64,000 nt of DNA, taken from Utricularia gibba. Taxonomy: Eukaryota; Plantae; Magnoliophyta. The translations under genes were made by a program, and so were the position numbers. Shown here piece after piece: positions 1 to 12,300 of the stretch. Location: positions 1-64,000 of the forward strand of contig NEEC01000144.1 in assembly GCA_002189035.1 (NCBI GenBank), written 5' to 3'. The notes beneath the pieces are model-generated. The model was not told the DNA's origin. It worked only from the letters and a program-made list of their open reading frames with translations, and ran no database searches. Position 1 is the first letter of the stretch. Each line of letters starts with the position of its first letter.

Positions 1-155
1 AGCACCCCAAATGGTTTTCTCAACCACAGCTTTTATTTGAGGAGGCGCTCTCGAGGGGCACTAGGATCTGGCCGGAGGTCGGGTCGAACTCGGGCCCATA
101 GTCATTTGTAGCCCGGCAAAAAAAGTGATCCATTTATTAACGTTGGGTTTTCGGC
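1..155 (+). repeat. Subunit A (about 157 bp consensus) of the first monomer
   Basis: Aligns end to end with subunit B: AGCACCCCAAATGGTTT vs AGCTGCCTACATGGTTT, and AAAAAAGTGATCCATTTATTAACGTTGGG vs AAAATCGTGATGCATTTTTTGAAGTTAGG. AAGCTT lies at the same offset in both halves of the consensus (this copy has ACAGC there). Confidence 0.9.
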
Positions 156-311
156 AGCTGCCTACATGGTTTCTGAAGGAAAAGCTTGTCGTTTTTGGGT
201 GGGTGCTTTGTTGGGAACTTCGTCCGGACCCAAGGTTCGGTTCGACTCCTGAGCCAATCGGGTCCTATTCGACGAAAATCGTGATGCATTTTTTGAAGTT
301 AGGATGTCATG
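156..311 (+). repeat. Subunit B (about 158 bp consensus) of the first monomer
   Basis: Starts AGCTGCC at 156 and is homologous to subunit A at about 60% identity by hand alignment. Contains the TTCGTC/GACGAA plus GGACCC/GGGTCC inverted repeat at 219-276. Confidence 0.9.
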
Positions 312-3300
312 AGCACCCCAAATGGTTTTCTCAACCACAGCTTTTTATTTGAGGAGGCGCTCTCGAGGGGCACTAGGATGGCCGGAGGTCAGGTCGATCT
401 CGGCCCATAGTCATTTGTAGCCCGGCAAAAAAGTGATCCATTTATTAACGTTGGGTTTTCGGCAGCTGCCTACATGGTTTCTGAAGGAAAAGCTTGTCGT
501 TTTTGGTGGGTGCTTTGTTGGGAACTTCGTCCGGACCCAAGGTTCGGTTCGACTCCTGAGCCCAATGGGTCCTATTCGACGAAAATCGTGATGCATTTTT
601 TGAAGTTAGGATGTCATGAGCACCCAAATGGTTTTCTCAACCACAGCTTTTATATTTGAGGAGGCGCTCTCGAGGGGCACTAGGATCTGGCCGGAGGTCG
701 GGTCGAACTCGGGCCCATAGTCATTTGTAGCCCGGCAAAAAAAGTGATCCATTTATTAACGTTGGGTTTTCGGCAGCTGCCTACATTGTTTCTGAAGGAA
801 AAGCTTGTCGTTTTTGGGTGGGTGCTTCGTTGGAAGTTCATCCGGACCCAAGGTTCGGTTCGACTCCTGAGCCAATCGGGTCCTATTCGACGAAATCGTG
901 ATGCATTTTTGAAGTTAGGATGTCATGAGCACCCCAAATGGTTTTCTCATCCACAAGCTTTATATTTGAGGAGGCGCTCTCGAGGGGCACCAGGATCGGG
1001 CCGGAGGTCAGGTCGGGCTCGGGCCCATAGTCATTTGTAGCCCGGCAAAAAAGTGATCCATTTATTAACGTTGGGTTTTCGGCAGCTGCCTACATGGTTT
1101 CTGAAGGAAAAGCTTGTCGTTTTTGGGTGGGTGCTGTTGTTGGGAACTTCGTCCGGACCCAAGGTTCGGTTCGACTCTGAGCCCAATGGGGTCCTATTCG
1201 ACGAAAATCGTGATGCATTTTTTGAAGTTAGGATGTCATGAGCACCCAAATGGTTTCTTGTCCACAAGCTTTATATTTGAGGAGGCGCTCTCGAGGGGCA
1301 CTAGGATCTGGCCGGAGGTCGGGTCGAACTCGGGCCCATAGTCATTTGTAGCCCGGCAAAAAAAGTGATCCATTTTTAACGTTGGGTTTTCGGCAGCTGC
1401 CTACATGGTTTCTGAAGGAAAAGCTTGTCGTTTTTGGGTGGGTGCTTTCGTTGGGAAGTTCATCCGGACCCAAGGTTCGGTTCGACTCCTGAGCCCAATC
1501 GGGTCCTATTCGACGAAAATCGTGATGCATTTTTGAAGTTAGGATGTCATGAGCACCCCAAATGGTTTTCTGTCCACAAGCTTTTTATTTGAGGAGGCGC
1601 TCTCGAGGGGCACTAGGATCTGGCCGGAGGTCAGGTCGAACTCGGGCCATAGTCATTTGTAGCCCGGCAAAAAAGTGATCCATTTATTAACGTTGGGTTT
1701 TCGGCAGCTGCCTACATGGTTTCTGAAGGAAAAGCTTGTCGTTTTTGGGTGGGTGCTGTTGTTCGGAATTCGTCCGGACCCAAGGTTCGGTTCGACTCCT
1801 GAGCCCAATGGGGTCCTATTCGACGAAAATCGTGATGCATTTTTGAAGTTAGGATGTCATGAGCACCCCAAATGGTTTTCTTGTCCACAAGCTTTATATT
1901 TGAGGAGGCGCTCTCGAGGGGCACCAGGATCGGGCCGGAGGTCGGGTCGGGCTCGGCCCATAGTCATTTGTAGCCCGGCAAAAAAAAGTGATCCATTTAT
2001 TAACGTTGGGTTTTCGGCAGCTGCTACATGGTTTCTGAAGGAAAAGCTTGTCGTTTTTGGGTGGGTGCTTTGTTGGGAATTCATCCGGACCCAAGGTTCG
2101 TTCGACTCCTGAGCCCAATCGGGTCCTATTCGACGAAAATCGTGATGCATTTTTGAAGTTAGGATGTCATGAGCACCCCAAATGGTTTTCTCATCCACAA
2201 GCTTTATATTTGAGGAGGCGCTCTCGAGGGGCACCAGGATCGGGCCGGAGGTCGGGTCGGGCTCGGGCCCATAGTCATTTGTAGCCGGCAAAAAAAGTGA
2301 TCCATTTATTAACGTTGGGTTTTCGGCAGCTGCCTACATGGTTTCTGAAGGAAAAGCTTGTCGTTTTTGGGTGGGTGCTGTTGTTCGGAAATTCGTCCGG
2401 ACCCAAGGTTCGGTTCGACTCCTGAGCCCAATCGGGTCCTATTCGACGAAAATCGTGATGCATTTTTGAAGTTAGGATGTCATGGCACCCCAAATGGTTT
2501 CTTGTCCACAAGCTTTTATATTTGAGGAGGCGCTCTCGAGGGGCACTAGGATCGGGCCGGAGGTCGGGTCGAACTCGGGCCCATAGTCATTTGTAGCCCG
2601 GCAAAAAAAGTGATCCATTTATTAACGTTGGGTTTTCGGCAGCTGCCTACATGGTTTCTGAAGGAAAAGCTTGTCGTTTTTGGGGGGTGCTTTTGTTGGG
2701 AATTCATCCGGACCCAAGGTTCGGTTCGACTCCTGAGCCCAATGGGTCCTATTCGACGAAAATCGTGATGCATTTTTTGAAGTTAGGATGTCATGAGCAC
2801 CCCAAATGGTTTTCTTGTCCACAAGCTTTATATTTGAGGAGGCGCTCTCGAGGGGCACAGGATCGGGCCGGAGGTCAGGTCGGGCTCGGCCCATAGTCAT
2901 TTGTAGCCCGGCAAAAATGTGATCCATTTATTAACGTTGGGTTTTCGGCAGCTGCCTACATGGTTTCTGAAGGAAAAGCTTGTCGTTTTTGGGTGGGTGC
3001 TTTGTTCGGAAATTCGTCCGGACCCAAGGTTCGGTTCGACTCCTGAGCCCAATCGGGTCCTATTCGACGAAAATCGTGATGCATTTTTTGAAGTTAGGAT
3101 GTCATGAGCACCCCAAATGGTTTTCTCAACCACAGCTTTTTATTTGAGGAGGCGCTCTCGAGGGGCACTAGGATCGGGCCGGAGGTCGGTCGGCTCGGGC
3201 CCATAGTCATTTGTAGCCCGGCAAAAAAGTGATCCATTTATTAACGTTGGGTTTTCGGCAGCTGCCTACATGGTTTCTGAAGGAAAAGCTTGTCGTTTTT

Positions 3301-6300
3301 GGGTGGGTGCTTTGTTGGGAATTCGTCCGGACCCAAGGTTCGGTTCGACTCCTGAGCCCAATGGGGTCCTATTCGACGAAAATCGTGATGCATTTTTTTG
3401 AAGTTAGGATGTCATGAGCACCCCAAATGGTTTTCTTGTCCACAAGCTTTATATTTGAGGAGGCGCTCTCGAGGGGCACCAGGATCGGGCCGGAGGTCAG
3501 GTCGGGCTCGGCCCATAGTCATTTTGTAGCCCGGCAAAAAAAGTGATCCATTTATTAACGTTGGGTTTTCGGCAGCTGCCTACATGGTTTCTGAAGGAAA
3601 AGCTTGTCGTTTTTGGTGGGTGCTGTTGTTGGAAATTCGTCCGGACCCAAGGTTCGGTTCGACTCCTGAGCCCAATCGGGTCCTATTCGACGAAAATCGT
3701 GATGCATTTTTGAAGTTAGGATGTCATGAGCACCCCAAATGGTTTTCTCCCACAGCTTTATATTTGAGGAGGCGCTCTCGAGGGGCACTAGGATCGGGCC
3801 GGAGGTCGGGTCGAACTCGGGCCCATAGTCATTTGTAGCCCGGCAAAAAAAGTGATCCATTTATTAACGTTGGGTTTTCGGCAGCTGCCTACATGGTTTC
3901 TGAAGGAAAAGCTTGTCGTTTTTGGGTGGGTGCTGTTGTTGGAACTTCGTCCGGACCCAAGGTTCGGTTCGACTCCTGAGCCCAATCGGGTCCTATTCGA
4001 CGAAATCGTGATGCATTTTTTGAAGTTAGGATGTCATGAGCACCCCAAATGGTTTTCTCAACCACAGCTTTTTATTTGAGGAGGCGCTCTCGAGGGGCAC
4101 TAGGATCGGGCCGGAGGTCAGGTCGAACTCGGGCCCATAGTCATTTGTAGCCCGGCAAAAAAAGTGATCCATTATTAACGTTGGGTTTTCGGCAGCTGCC
4201 TACATGGTTTCTGAAGGAAAAGCTTGTCGTTTTTGGTGGGTGCTTTCGTTGGGAATTCGTCCGGACCCAAGGTTCGGTTCGACTCCTGAGCCCAAGGGTC
4301 CTATTCGACGAAAATCGTGATGCATTTTTTGAAGTTAGGATGTCATGAGCACCCCAAATGGTTTTCTTGTCCACAAGCTTTATATTTGAGGAGGCGCTCT
4401 CGAGGGGCACCAGGATCGGGCCGGAGGTCAGGTCGGGCTCGGCCCCATAGTCATTTGTAGCCCGGCAAAAAATGTGATCCATTTATTAACGTTGGGTTTT
4501 CGGCACCTGCCTACATGGTTTCTGAAGGAAAAGCTTGTCGTTTTTGGGTGGGTGCTTTGTTCGGAAATTCGTCCGGACCCAAGGTTCGGTTCGACTCCTG
4601 AGCCCAATCGGGTCCTATTCGACGAAAATCGTGATGCATTTTTTGAAGTTAGGATGTCATGAGCACCCAAATGGTTTTTTCTCAACCACAGCTTTTTATT
4701 TGAGGAGGCGCTCTCGGGGGCACTAGGATCGGGCCGGAGGTCGGGTCGAACTCGGCCCATAGTCATTTGTAGCCCGGCAAAAAAAGTGATCCATTTATTA
4801 ACGTTGGGTTTTCGGCAGCTGCCTACATGGTTTCTGAAGGAAAAGCTTGTCGTTTTTGGGTGGGTGCTTTGTTCGGAACTTCGTCCGGACCCAAGGTTCG
4901 GTTCGACTCCTGAGCCCAATCGGGTCCTATTCGACGAAAATCGTGATGCATTTTTTGAAGTTAGGATGTCATGAGCACCCCAAATGGTTTTCTCAACACA
5001 GCTTTTTATTTGAGGAGGCGCTCTCGAGGGGCACTAGGATCGGGCCGGAGGTCAGGTCGCTCGGGCCCATAGTCATTTGTAGCCCGGCAAAAAAAAGTGA
5101 TCCATTTATTAACGTTGGGTTTTCGGCAGCTGCCTACATGGTTTCTGAAGGAAAAGCTTGTCGTTTTTGGGTGGGTGCTGTTGTTGGGAACTTCGTCCGG
5201 ACCCAAGGTTCGGTTCGACTCCTGAGCCCAATGGGGTCCTATTCGACGAAAATCGTGATGCATTTTTTGAAGTTAGGATGTCATGAGCACCCCAAATGGT
5301 TTTCTTGTCCACAAGCTTTATATTTGAGGAGGCGCTCTCGGGCACTAGGATCGGCCGGAGGTCGGGTCGGCTCGGGCCCATAGTCATTTGTAGCCCGGCA
5401 AAAAAAGTGATCCATTTATTAACGTTGGGTTTTCGGCACCTGCCTACATGGTTTCTGAAGGAAAAGCTTGTCGTTTTTGGGTGGGTGCTTTCGGAAGTTC
5501 ATCCGGACCCAAGGTTCTGTTCGACTCCTGAGCCCAATGGGTCCTATTCGACGAAAATCGTGATGCATTTTTTGAAGTTAGGATGTCATGAGCACCCCAA
5601 ATGGTTTTCTTGTCCACAAGCTTTTATTTGAGGAGGCGCTCTCGAGGGGCACCAGGATCGGGCCGGAGGTCAGGTCGGGCTCGGCCCATAGTCATTTGTA
5701 GCCCGGCAAAAAAAATGATCCATTATTAACGTTGGGTTTTCGGCAGCTGCCTACATGGTTTCTGAAGGAAAAGCTTGTCGTTTTTGGGGGGTGCTGTTGT
5801 TCGGAACTTCGTCCGGACCCAAGGTTCGGTTCGACTCCTGAGCCCAATCGGGTCCTATTCGACGAAAATCGTGATGCATTTTTTGAAGTTAGGATGTCAT
5901 GAGCACCCCAAATGGTTTTCTCCCACAGCTTTTTTATTTGAGGAGGCGCTCTCGAGGGGCACTAGGATCGGGCCGGAGGTCAGGTCGCTCGGCCCATAGT
6001 CATTTGTAGCCCGGCAAAAAAGTGATCCATTTATTAACGTTGGGTTTTCGGCAGCTGCCTACATGGTTTCTGAAGGAAAAGCTTGTCGTTTTTGGGTGGT
6101 GCTTTCATTGGGAACTTCGTTCGACCAATCGGGTCCTATTCGACGAAAATCGTGATGCATTTTTGAAGTTAGGATGTCATGAGCACCCCAAATGGTTTTC
6201 TGTCCACAAGCTTTTATATTTGAGGAGGCGCTCTCGAGGGGCACCAGGATCGGCCGGAGGTCGGTCGGGCTCGGCCCATAGTCATTTGTAGCCCGGCAAA

Positions 6301-9300
6301 AAAAGTGATCCATTTATTAACGTTGGGTTTTCGGCAGCTGCCTACATGGTTTCTGAAGGAAAAGCTTGTCGTTTTTGGTGGGTGCTGTTGTTCGGAACTT
6401 CGTCCGGACCCAAGGTTCGTTCGACTCCTGAGCCCAATCGGGTCCTATTCGACGAAAATCGTGATGCATTTTTTGAAGTTAGGATGTCATGAGCACCCCA
6501 AATGGTTTTCTTGTCCACAAGCTTTATATTTGAGGAGGCGCTCTCGAGGGGCACTAGGATCGGGCCGGAGGTCGGGTCGGCTCGGGCCCATAGTCATTTG
6601 TAGCCCGGCAAAAAAGTGATCCATTATTAACGTTGGGTTTTCGGCAGCTGCCTACATGGTTTCTGAAGGAAAAGCTTGTCGTTTTTGGGTGGGTGCTTTT
6701 TGTTGGGAATTCGTCCGGACCCAAGGTTCGGTTCGACTCCTGAGCCCAATGGGGTCCTATTCGACGAAAATCGTGATGCATTTTTTGAAGTTAGGATGTC
6801 ATGAGCACCCCAAATGGTTTTCTTGTCCACAAGCTTTATATTTGAGGAGGCGCTCTCGAGGGCACCAGGATCGGGCCGGAGGTCAGGTCGGGCTCGGCCC
6901 ATAGTCATTTGTAGCCCGGCAAAAAAGTGATCCATTTATTAACGTTGGGTTTTCGGCAGCTGCCTACATGGTTTCTGAAGGAAAAGCTTGTCGTTTTTGG
7001 GTGGGTGCTGTTGTTCGGAAATTCGTCCGGACCCAAGGTTCGGTTCGACTCCTGAGCCCAATCGGGTCCTATTCGACGAAAATCGTGATGCATTTTTTGA
7101 AGTTAGGATGTCATGAGCACCCCAAATGGTTTTTCTCAACCACAGCTTTTTATTTGAGGAGGCGCTCTCGAGGGGCACTAGGATCGGGCCGGAGGTCAGT
7201 CCTCGGGCCCATAGTCATTTGTAGCCCGGCAAAAAAAGTGATCCATTTATTAACGTTGGGTTTTCGGCAGCTGCCTACATGGTTTCTGAAGGAAAAGCTT
7301 GTCGTTTTTTGGTGGGTGCTTTCGTTGGGAATTCGTCCGGACCCAAGGTTCGGTTCGACTCCTGAGCCCAATGGGTCCTATTCGACGAAAATCGTGATGC
7401 ATTTTTGAAGTTAGGATGTCATGAGCACCCCAAATGGTTTTCTCAACCACAAGCTTTTTATTTGAGGAGGCGCTCTCGAGGGGCACTAGGATCGGGCCGG
7501 AGGTCGGGTCGGCTCGGGCCCATAGTCATTTGTAGCCCGGCAAAAAAAGTGATCCATTTATTAACGTTGGGTTTTCGGCAGCTGCCTACATGGTTTCTGA
7601 AGGAAAAGCTTGTCGTTTTTGGGTGGGTGCTTTGTTGGAATTCGTCCGGACCCAAGGTTCGGTTCGACTCCTGAGCCAATGGGTCCTATTCGACGAAAAT
7701 CGTGATGCATTTTTGAAGTTAGGATGTCATGAGCACCCCAAATGGTTTTCTCACCACAAGCTTTATATTTGAGGAGGCGCTCTCGAGGGGCACCAGGATC
7801 GGGCCGGAGTCGGGTCGGGCTCGGGCCCATAGTCATTTGTAGCCCGGCAAAAAAAGTGATCCATTTATTAACGTTGGGTTTTCGGCAGCTGCCTACATGG
7901 TTTCTGAAGGAAAAGCTTGTCGTTTTTGGGGGGGTGCTGTTGTTGGGAACTTCGTCCGGACCCAAGGTTCGGTTCGACTCCTGAGCCCAATGGGTCCTAT
8001 TCGACGAAAATCGTGATGCATTTTTTGAAGTTAGGATGTCATGAGCACCCCAAATGGTTTTCTTGTCCACAAGCTTTATATTTGAGGAGGCGCTCTCGAG
8101 GGGCACTAGGATCTGGCCGGAGGTCGGGTCGAACTCGGGCCCATAGTCATTTGTAGCCCGGGAAAAAAAGTGATCCATTTATTAACGTTGGGTTTTCGGC
8201 ACCTGCCTACATTGTTTCTGAAGGAAAAGCTTGTCGTTTTTGGGTGGGTGCTTTGTTGGGAATTCGTCCGGACCCAAGGTTCGGTTCGACTCCTGAGCCC
8301 AATCGGGTCCTATTCGACGAAAATCGTGATGCATTTTTGAAGTTAGGATGTCATGAGCACCCCAAATGGTTTTCTGTCCACAAGCTTTTTATTTGAGGAG
8401 GCGCTCTCGAGGGGCACTAGGATCGGGCCGGAGGTCAGGTCGAACTCGGGCCATAGTCATTTGTAGCCCGGCAAAAAAAGTGATCCATTTATTAACGTTG
8501 GGTTTTCGGCAGCTGCCTACATGGTTTCTGAAGGAAAAGCTTGTCGTTTTTGGGTGGGTGCTTTTGTTGGAATTCGTCCGGACCCAAGGTTCGGTTCGAC
8601 TCCTGAGCCCAATGGGGTCCTATTCGACGAAAATCGTGATGCATTTTTTGAAGTTAGGATGTCATGAGCACCCCAAATGGTTTTTCATCCACAAGCTTTA
8701 TATTTGAGGAGGCGCTCTCGAGGGGCACCGGATCGGGCCGGAGGTCGGGTCGGCTCGGGCCCCATAGTCATTTGTAGCCCGGCAAAAAAAGTGATCCATT
8801 TATTAACGTTGGGTTTTCGGCAGCTGCCTACATGGTTTCTGAAGGAAAAGCTTTGTCGTTTTGGGTGGGTGCTTTGTTGGGAATTCGTCCGGACCCAAGG
8901 TTCGGTTCGACTCCTGAGCCCAATGGGGTCCTATTCGACGAAAATCGTGATGCATTTTTTGAAGTTAGGATGTCATGAGCACCCCAAATGGTTTTCTCAA
9001 CCACAGCTTTTATTTGAGGAGGCGCTCTCGAGGGGCACTAGGATCGGGCCGGAGGTCGGTCGAACTCGGGCCCATAGTCATTTGTAGCCCGGCAAAAAAA
9101 GTGATCCATTTATTAACGTTGGGTTTTCGGCAGCTGCCTACATGGTTTCTGAAGGAAAAGCTTGTCGTTTTTGGGTGGGTGCTTTTGTTGGGAATTCGTC
9201 CGGACCCAAGGTTCGGTTCGACTCCTGAGCCCAATCGGGTCCTATTCGACGAAAATCGTGATGCATTTTTGAAGTTAGGATGTCATGAGCACCCCAAATG

Positions 9301-12300
9301 GTTTTTGTCCACAAGCTTTATATTTGAGGAGGCGCTCTCGAGGGGCACAGGATCGGGCCGGAGGTCGGGTCGGGCTCGGGCCCATAGTCATTTGTAGCCC
9401 GGCAAAAAAGTGATCCATTTATTAACGTTGGGTTTTCGGCAGCTGCCTACATGGTTTCTGAAGGAAAAGCTTGTCGTTTTTGGGTGGGTGCTGTTGTTCG
9501 GTTCGTCCGGACCCAAGGTTCGGTTCGACTCCTGAGCCCAATCGGGTCCTATTCGACGAAAATCGTGATGCATTTTTGAAGTTAGGATGTCATGAGCACC
9601 CCAAATGGTTTTCTTGTCCACAAGCTTTATATTTGAGGAGGCGCTCTCGAGGGGCACTAGGATCGGGCCGGAGGTCGGGTCGCTCGGGCCCATAGTCATT
9701 TGTAGCCCGGCAAAAAAGTGATCCATTTATTAACGTTGGGTTTTCGGCAGCTGCCTACATGGTTTCTGAAGGAAAAGCTTGTCGTTTTTGGGTGGGTGCT
9801 TTTCATTGGGAACTTCGTTTCGGACCAATCGGGTCCTATTCGACGAAAATCGTGATGCATTTTTTGAAGTTAGGATGTCATGAGCACCCCAAATGGTTTT
9901 CTCTGTCCACAAGCTTTATATTTGAGGAGGCGCTCTCGAGGGGCACCAGGATCGGGCCGGAGGTCGGGTCGGGCTCGGGCCCATAGTCATTTGTAGCCCG
10001 GCAAAAAAAGTGATCCATTTATTAACGTTGGGTTTTCGGCAGCTGCCTACATGGTTTCTGAAGGAAAAGCTTGTCGTTTTTGGGTGGGTGCTTTGTTGTT
10101 GGAACTTCGTCCGGACCCAAGGTTCGGTTCGACTCCTGAGCCCAATCGGGTCCTATTCGACGAAAATCGTGATGCATTTTTTGAAGTTAGGATGTCATGA
10201 GCACCCCAAATGGTTTTCTTGTCCACAAGCTTTATATTTGAGGAGGCGCTCTCGAGGGGCACTAGGATCGGCCGGAGGTCGGGTCGAACTCGGGCCCATA
10301 GTCATTTGTAGCCCGGCAAAAAAGTGATCCATTTATTAACGTTGGGTTTTCGGCAGCTGCCTACATGGTTTCTGAAGGAAAAGCTTGTCGTTTTTGGGTG
10401 GGTGCTTTCGTTGGGAATTCATCCGGACCCAAGGTTCGGTTCGACTCCTGAGCCCAATGGGGTCCTATTCGACGAAAATCGTGATGCATTTTTGAAGTTA
10501 GGATGTCATGAGCACCCCAAATGGTTTTCTTGTCCACAAGCTTTATATTTGAGGAGGCGCTCTCGAGGGGCACCAGGATCGGGCCGGAGGTCAGGTCGGG
10601 CTCGGCCCATAGTCATTTGTAGCCCGGCAAAAAATGTGATCCATTTATTAACGTTGGGTTTTCGGCACCTGCCTACATGGTTTCTGAAGGAAAAGCTTGT
10701 CGTTTTTGGGTGGGTGCTGTTGTTCGGAAATTCGTCCGGACCCAAGGTTCGGTTCGACTCCTGAGCCCAATCGGGTCCTATTCGACGAAAATCGTGATGC
10801 ATTTTTTGAAGTTAGGATGTCATGAGCACCCCAAATGGTTTTCTCAACCACATGCTTTTTATTTGAGAGGCGCTCTCGAGGGGCACTAGGATCGGGCCGG
10901 AGGTCATATCGCTCGGGCCCATAGTCATTTGTAGCCCGGCAAAAAAAAGTGATCCATTATTAACGTTGGGTTTTCGGCAGCTGCCTACATGGTTTCTGAA
11001 GGAAAGCTTGTCGTTTTTGGTGGGTGCTTTGTTGGAACTTCGTCCGGACCCAAGGTTCGGTTCGACTCCTGAGCCCAATGGGTCCTATTCGACGAAAATC
11101 GTGATGCATTTTTTGAAGTTAGGATGTCATGAGCACCCCAAATGGTTTTCTTGTCCACAAGCTTTATATTTGAGGAGGCGCTCTCGAGGGGCACCAGGAT
11201 CGGGCCGGAGTCAGGTCGGGCTCGGCCCATAGTCATTTGTAGCCCGGCAAAAAAAGTGATCCATTTATTAACGTTGGGTTTTCGGCAGCTGCCTACATGG
11301 TTTCTGAAGGAAAAGCTTGTCGTTTTTGGGTGGGTGCTTTGTTCGGAAATTCGTCCGGACCCAAGGTTCGGTTCGACTCCTGAGCCCAATCGGGTCCTAT
11401 TCGACGAAAATCGTGATGCATTTTTTGAAGTTAGGATGTCATGAGCACCCCAAATGGTTTTCTCACCACAAGCTTTATATTTGAGGAGGCGCTCTCGAGG
11501 GGCACTAGGATCGGGCCGGAGGTCGGGTCGGCTCGGGCCCATAGTCATTTGTAGCCCGGCAAAAAAAGTGATCCATTTATTAACGTTGGGTTTTCGGCAG
11601 CTGCCTACATGGTTTCTGAAGGAAAAGCTTGTCGTTTTTGGGTGGGTGCTGTTGTTCGGAACTTCGTCCGGACCCAAGGTTCGGTTCGACTCCTGAGCCC
11701 AATCGGGTCCTATTCGACGAAAATCGTGATGCATTTTTTGAAGTTAGGATGTCATGAGCACCCCAAATGGTTTTCTCAACCACATGCTTTTTATTTGAGG
11801 AGGCGCTCTCGAGGGGCACTAGGATCGGGCCGGAGGTCAGGTCGATCTCGGGCCCATAGTCATTTGTAGCCCGGCAAAAAAAGTGATCCATTATTAACGT
11901 TGGGTTTTCGGCAGCTGCCTACATGGTTTCTGAAGGAAAAGCTTGTCGTTTTTGGGTGGGTGCTTTCATTGGGAATTCGTCCGGACCCAAGGTTCGGTTC
12001 GACTCCTGAGCCCAATGGGGTCCTATTCGACGAAAATCGTGATGCATTTTTTGAAGTTAGGATGTCATGAGCACCCCAAATGGTTTTCTGTCCACAAGCT
12101 TTATATTTGAGGAGGCGCTCTCGAGGGGCACCAGGATCGGGCCGGAGGTCAGGTCGGGCTCGGCCCATAGTCATTTGTAGCCCGGCAAAAAAGTGATCCA
12201 TTTATTAACGTTGGGTTTTCGGCACCTGCCTACATGGTTTGTGAAGGAAAAGCTTGTCGTTTTTGGTGGGTGCTGTTGTTCGGAATTCGTCCGGACCCAA

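Noticed and set aside
156-311. Assignment to a named grass centromeric satellite (CentO/CentC/CentBd class)
   Set aside because: The subunit length is similar and there is a vague TTTGGGTGG..TTTCG..AATTCGT resemblance, but I cannot support real homology from memory. It needs a database search.
825-841. CENP-B-box-like CTTCGTTGGAAG (12 of 17 nt of YTTCGTTGGAARCGGGA)
   Set aside because: The essential CGGG element is absent (TTCAT follows). The match occurs in a minority haplotype and probably depends on a GGG->GG under-call, since TTTCGTTGGGAAG is seen at about 1446.
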